Part shown: one piece after another, positions 59,801 through 64,000 of the stretch | Numbering within the stretch: position 1 is the first letter of the stretch | Layout: each line of letters starts with the position of its first letter | Source of the DNA: Zygnema circumcarinatum SAG 698-1b | Taxonomy: Eukaryota > Plantae > Zygnematophyceae | Length of the DNA stretch: 64,000 nucleotides | Assembly (NCBI GenBank): GCA_037447605.1 | Contig: CM074819.1 | Location: forward strand, 1,820,297 to 1,884,296 | Direction of reading: 5' to 3' | The notes under the pieces: model-generated | What the model was told of the DNA's origin: nothing | The model's input: only the letters and a program-made list of their open reading frames with translations | Databases searched by the model: none | Position numbers and translations under genes: made by a program

Positions 59801-62021
59801 TTGTGGAATGCACAAACGAAGAGCTTGAAAGGGTAAATAATCATCAACCCTTGCTTGTTCAAGTCCTCATAACAGTTCTCCACTTCAGCTCTCAGCTCTT
59901 TCTCTCAAGAGAGAGAGAGAGAGCTTCTTCTTTTCTCTTTAGTTCTCTCCCTTCAGCTCTCCTTGCCAGCTCCCGCAAAGCTGAAACGTACCCCAAAGCC
60001 TGAACCCAATAAACCTCTTAACTCCTGAAAATCTGAAAATTCCCGCTCACTCCAGCTCTTTCCCTCTCTCCCCCTCCCTCTCTCCCTCCCCACTCCTTCC
60101 CTGTCTCTCCCTCTCCACTCCTAGCCTCAGACAGTCCTCCCCACCTCCTACCACCACAAACAAACACATCACCCTTACCCCCCTTCTTCCATTTCCCTAA
60201 CTCCATACAACTTTAAATTTCAAATTGACAAGACCCTAAAAGCCGTTACTTTTTAACGTTGAAAGCAGGTGGTGTCGACAAACTTAATGGGCTCCCTCAT
60301 CTGCACACGTGAAGCAATTCTGCTAATGAAAAAGCAGCCCAAGGGAGGACACGTGTTCAATATGGATGGGGCAGGATCTGGAGGTAGTGCCACACCGAAA
60401 TATGCAGCGTAAGGCTATCTCGATTTCGAACCAATCTTTTTATCTATCTTTTTCAATCTACCTTTTCATGTGGGCTTGTTTTAGGAGAGGGGACTTGATT
60501 TAGACCGCGCTTTTGAAGGGGGATACTCCCATGGAAGGTTTACCTGCTTTAATTTGAAAAGGGGCTCAGGAGGAGTGATGATCTTAGGCACATCCTGGAT
60601 GTAAGTTTCATCAAATTGAGATAGAATTGAGCGATTGAAATATGTAAGATGCCTCATGAAGGATGTAGCTGTAAGGAACGTGCCATAATATAATATACTT
60701 CATAAAGCAGGTACAGCAGCAGCAGCAGCAGGTTTCTTGAATTTCCTTGTTTTTTGCTTCTGGGTATCATGCAGATATGGTGCCACCAAATGCGCGTTAA
60801 GGCAGCTGCATGCTTCATTGCTGGAGGAGTGTCGAAAAGGGAGAGTCGGAATACACACAGCTTCTCCGGGGATGGTCCTTACTGACCTTCTGCTGAGGTA
60901 GAAACCCTAAAAAATCATGAGACGATGGATATGATAACTTTCAATTTCAGACTCTCCTCACTCACTCTCTCTCACTGTCTTCTCTCTCTTCTCTCACTCT
61001 CTCACTGTCTTCTCTCTCTCCTCTCTCTCTCACTGTCTTCTCTCTCTCTTCTCTCACTCTCTCACTGTCTTCCCTCTCTCCTCACTCACTCTCTCTCACT
61101 GTCTTCTCTCTCTCTTCTCTCACTCTCTCACTGTCTTCCCTCTCTCCTCACTCACTCTCTCACTGTCTTCTCTCTCTCCTCTCTCACTCTCTCATTCTTC
61201 TCTCTCTTGTCTCTCCTCACCCTCCTGTATCTTCTGAATCCTCCTTGCAGTGGAGCTACTTTACAGAACAAGCAAGTTTTCAACATTGTATGTGAGCAGC
61301 CGGAAACAGTGGCGAGGGCCTTAGTTCCAAAACTCCGTTCTGTTCGCGGAACGGGAAAGGCAGTCAACTATCTCACCCCTCCACGCATCATATTGGCTCT
61401 GGTTACAGCATGGCTGCGGAGAGGTCGTTGGTTCGATGAAGAGGTATGTACTTGCCATTGAGGCTCGCAACTCTCTCTACTACCTAAGAAGTTGTTCATG
61501 AAATTCCAAGATGTTGTGGACAATTTTCGAAGAGAGAAAAGCTGGGAGGATTTTGGGGGAGGAGTTCGTATAGGAAGTTTTGTGTATACGTACTGTTTTC
61601 GAATTCCAAACGTGTGAAATTTTTCTAAGTCTGGGACCCCTTACTTGTGGAGTATTGGTCTCTGAACAACCTAACAGTACTAAGAAGCTGACCACTATCC
61701 TTTTCTTAATGGAAAAAAAGTTGCTTTAAAAGGGCTGACCACTTGCCTTCTCACACTTGAATAACTTTACTTTATTAGGGGCTGACAAACAAACTCTCCT
61801 CCTATTCATTGAAATCTTGACTTAATCAGGGGCAAGCTGTGTATGCTGCCGAGGCAGACCGGCTGCGCATGTGGGCTGAGGGGAGAGAGCGGTCCCCCAT
61901 AACGGCAGCCATGGAGCTCGTTCCCAGCGGGACATGGCTCTCTCTCTTCTCTTCGTCCGCTATCTGCGCTTACATCATCATCTGCAACGGCATAGGGAAT
62001 GGGTCATCCCCGGGAACTTGA
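56894..62021 (+). CDS. NYC1: Chlorophyll(ide) b reductase NYC1; exons approx. 56894-57694, 57991-58069, 58391-58598, 58992-59108, 59436-59601, 59764-59832, 60270-60408, 60775-60897, 61251-61444, 61830-62021
   Basis: SDR motifs NVLITGSTRGLGKALAREFL, INNAG, FNMDGAGSGG..YAAYGATK, SPGMVLTDLL; NYC1-type extensions LARYIF.., WLRRGRWFDEEG..YAAEADRLRMWAE and a C-terminal hydrophobic segment. Confidence 0.95.
58793..60176. repeat. Intronic inverted repeat: 58793-58915 versus 60054-60176
   Basis: 123-bp arms with about 2 mismatches, including a non-microsatellite core GATGTGTTTGTTTGTGGTGGTAGGAG...GGACTGTCTGAGGCTAGG. Confidence 0.9.
60950..61215. repeat. CT-rich minisatellite (CTCTCACTCTCTCACTGTCTT-like) in NYC1 intron
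   Basis: Directly visible. Confidence 0.85.
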
Positions 62022-62778
62022 AGCCACAATTCAGCAAAGCCGTGCCAAGATTGGGCGGAGTGATTCTGCATTCAGGAGGTGGTCGGGAGTGGGAGAGACG
62101 GAGGGAGAGACGGAGGGAGAGGAGGGAGAGACGGAGGGAGAGACGGGGGGAGAGGATAGAGGTAGGTGGTTGGCATTTGTAAATAAGCATCGTATACATT
62201 CTATTGGCTACATAGTCCTCTCCTCCTGTTTCTCTAGCTGCAGGAGTATACGAAACATTCTTTCCATGTTACTGTGGAGTAGATAGACACATAGTACATA
62301 CTACATACATAGGTTCGCCTCCCCTCTCCTCGTGGTTTCTCCTAGCATCCTTTTTACAGGGTTGGATTCTTCAGGGCAGGGAAGCCGCGTGACTACTGAG
62401 TCAGGTCATTGTGTTCCTCACATGGGGAAATAGGGTTCAATTAGGGTAAATCTTAGATTTGGGGCAGGGGAGGCGGAGAGCGAGAGAGCGAGAGAGAGAG
62501 AGAGAAATTGCAGTCCCATTGGTTTCTTGAGACCCTTGTGGGGCAATAAACCCTTATCCATACTTGTACACGCACAGGCCTTGTTTTGGGGGTTCAGAAT
62601 GGTTCAGTGTTTCGAAAATAAAAACCATCTGAGGTGTTGCTACTGGCGTTTTCTTCAAGAGAGCCCTCATTCTGTGGCTTTTTTCTGTGCAACTTCTCTT
62701 CTGGTTTTCAAGGCCTTTAGGGTTTTTCCTCATACGTCCAATTGCAACATTTCACCAGCTTCATCTAAAAAATCCTTC

Positions 62779-63016
62779 GTAGGTCGGACCAGTGGATGGG
62801 CAACCATTGGATGGCAATGGTTGGACGTCTCCAGTTTGGCAACCCGTCAAATGGTTGCCAACCATTGGCATCCACTGGTTCCGAACCATTCGAATGGTTG
62901 TTTCGATCTGGCACGACTGGTTGCCAACCATTAAACGTCCAATCATTGCTATCCAATGGTTGGATGTCTAATGGTGCGCAACCAGTCGAATGGTTGGTCT
63001 AATGGTCCGACCTGTG
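62779..63016. mobile_element. Shorter, inverted member of the 52301-53006 MITE-like family
   Basis: Ends AGGTCGGACCA / TGGTCCGACCT; exact 9-bp flanking repeat AAATCCTTC at 62770-62778 and 63017-63025; shares GGTTGCCAACCA units. Confidence 0.7.
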
Positions 63017-63373
63017 AAATCCTTCACAAAAAATCAACTTAGGGTCTATTTACACACTTTTATTGGCTAGATGCACACCTTTTTTCGCCAGTCAGATTTT
63101 ATTTAGGGTTTTCAGGGTTTTGAGTTTTTTTTTTTTTTCTAAAAGGTGTGTAAATAATAATTTCCAAAATCAATACAAAATTTTGGCAGGAAGTCGTCCC
63201 CAACAGTACACAGCACAAGAAAACCACGAGGACTTTTGAAATATGCACATACTCAGTACAGCTCAAACGACCTCATAGCTTCATTGGCGGCCCCGAACCT
63301 TCAACCCTTCCAACCATAAACTGGACCCTAACCCCTAAATCCTACAAAAAAAGTCGATTTCGTTTTACAAAAA

Positions 63374-64000
63374 TCAATGTCCTGTCCCTGCAGACCTCGC
63401 CACCTCCAATGCTTTCTCCTCCAGCCTGGCCTCAAGCTCCTTCACACGTGCCAAGGCGCCTGCAAGGGCGTCCTGCAAGGTCTCAATCTTACCCTCCATG
63501 GCTGTTGCCTGCCGAGCACTCTCTTGCATCAGCTCCTTCACCTCCTCCACCTGCTCCGCCACGGCTTCCCTTCCTGTACCTCCTCCTCCTCCTCTCCTTC
63601 CCTCACTCCCATTCACTTTCCCGCTCCCACTCTCACTCAGCACAGAAAGCTCCGCCTGAGAGAGAGCCATCATCTGCAGCCTGTAAAGCGCCTCAGATTG
63701 CTCTGCCAACCGACCGCCATACTTTTCGTATTCGAGCATCTCCACTTCTTTCTCGATCTCCTCGGCGACTTTCTGCGTGGCTTCCAGTTTGTGTTCCAAT
63801 ACAGAGACCTTCGTCTTGGAATCCATGGCTTCCTTTGAAGCAGCTTTGAGCACTTCCTTCATATCCTCCACCTCGTGCAGGACCGCCTCCACCTTATCCA
63901 ACTTTTCCTCCGTTCCCGCCAGAATCTCCCGCAGTTGCTCCTTCTCCTTCTCCTCATCCTCCTCTCCCTCCCCCCCAGCCCCCATATCCTGGACCTTGGC
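63374..64000 (-). CDS. 3' part of an unidentified coiled-coil protein (runs off the window edge)
   Basis: Open frame of >200 codons with heptad E/K/L/A pattern (LEHKLEATQKVAEEIEKEVEML; IETLQDALAGALARVKELEARL). Confidence 0.7.
   Translation of the reverse strand, partial: AKVQDMGAGGEGEEDEEKEKEQLREILAGTEEKLDKVEAVLHEVEDMKEVLKAASKEAMDSKTKVSVLEHKLEATQKVAEEIEKEVEMLEYEKYGGRLAEQSEALYRLQMMALSQAELSVLSESGSGKVNGSEGRRGGGGGTGREAVAEQVEEVKELMQESARQATAMEGKIETLQDALAGALARVKELEARLEEKALEVARSAGTGH

Noticed and set aside
1-64000. Numerous Gly/Glu/Arg-rich or Pro/Ser/Leu-rich ORFs in the ORF track
   Set aside because: Translations of GA/CT microsatellites and antisense shadows of real exons; low-complexity DNA lacks stop codons.

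Overview
Eukaryotic, intron-rich nuclear DNA from a draft assembly (one 100-N gap and several 10-N gaps). The gene content (NYC1, TONSOKU, FBL15/SLOMO, root-cap/LEA-type protein, ACX2) points to a streptophyte, plausibly a zygnematophycean-type alga; the taxon is inferred. By manually splicing exons I find about 11-12 protein genes: FBL15-like F-box/LRR, a canonical PIF1 helicase cut by the gap, a secreted PAN-like + root-cap-domain protein (with an inverted 5' copy and an orphan 3' exon copy), a secreted LRR-EGF-proline-rich protein built from 72-nt exon modules, a SASA/CE6 esterase, a membrane MORN-repeat protein, a possible small orphan gene, TONSOKU, peroxisomal ACX2 with a near-identical two-exon tandem duplication, an intronless BTB/POZ gene, NYC1 and a partial coiled-coil gene. 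Most short ORFs in the track are artefacts of GA/CT microsatellites. The most unusual items are the modular LRR-EGF-Pro gene embedded in rearranged root-cap gene copies, telomere-type repeats inside a CDS and as an intronic fold-back, MITE-like elements with TIRs and 9-bp flanking duplications, an array of duplicated 5' splice sites in TONSOKU, and an intronic inverted repeat bracketing three NYC1 exons. I found no tRNA, rRNA or CRISPR array. Exon models are manual and untested, and no finding amounts to a proven new system.
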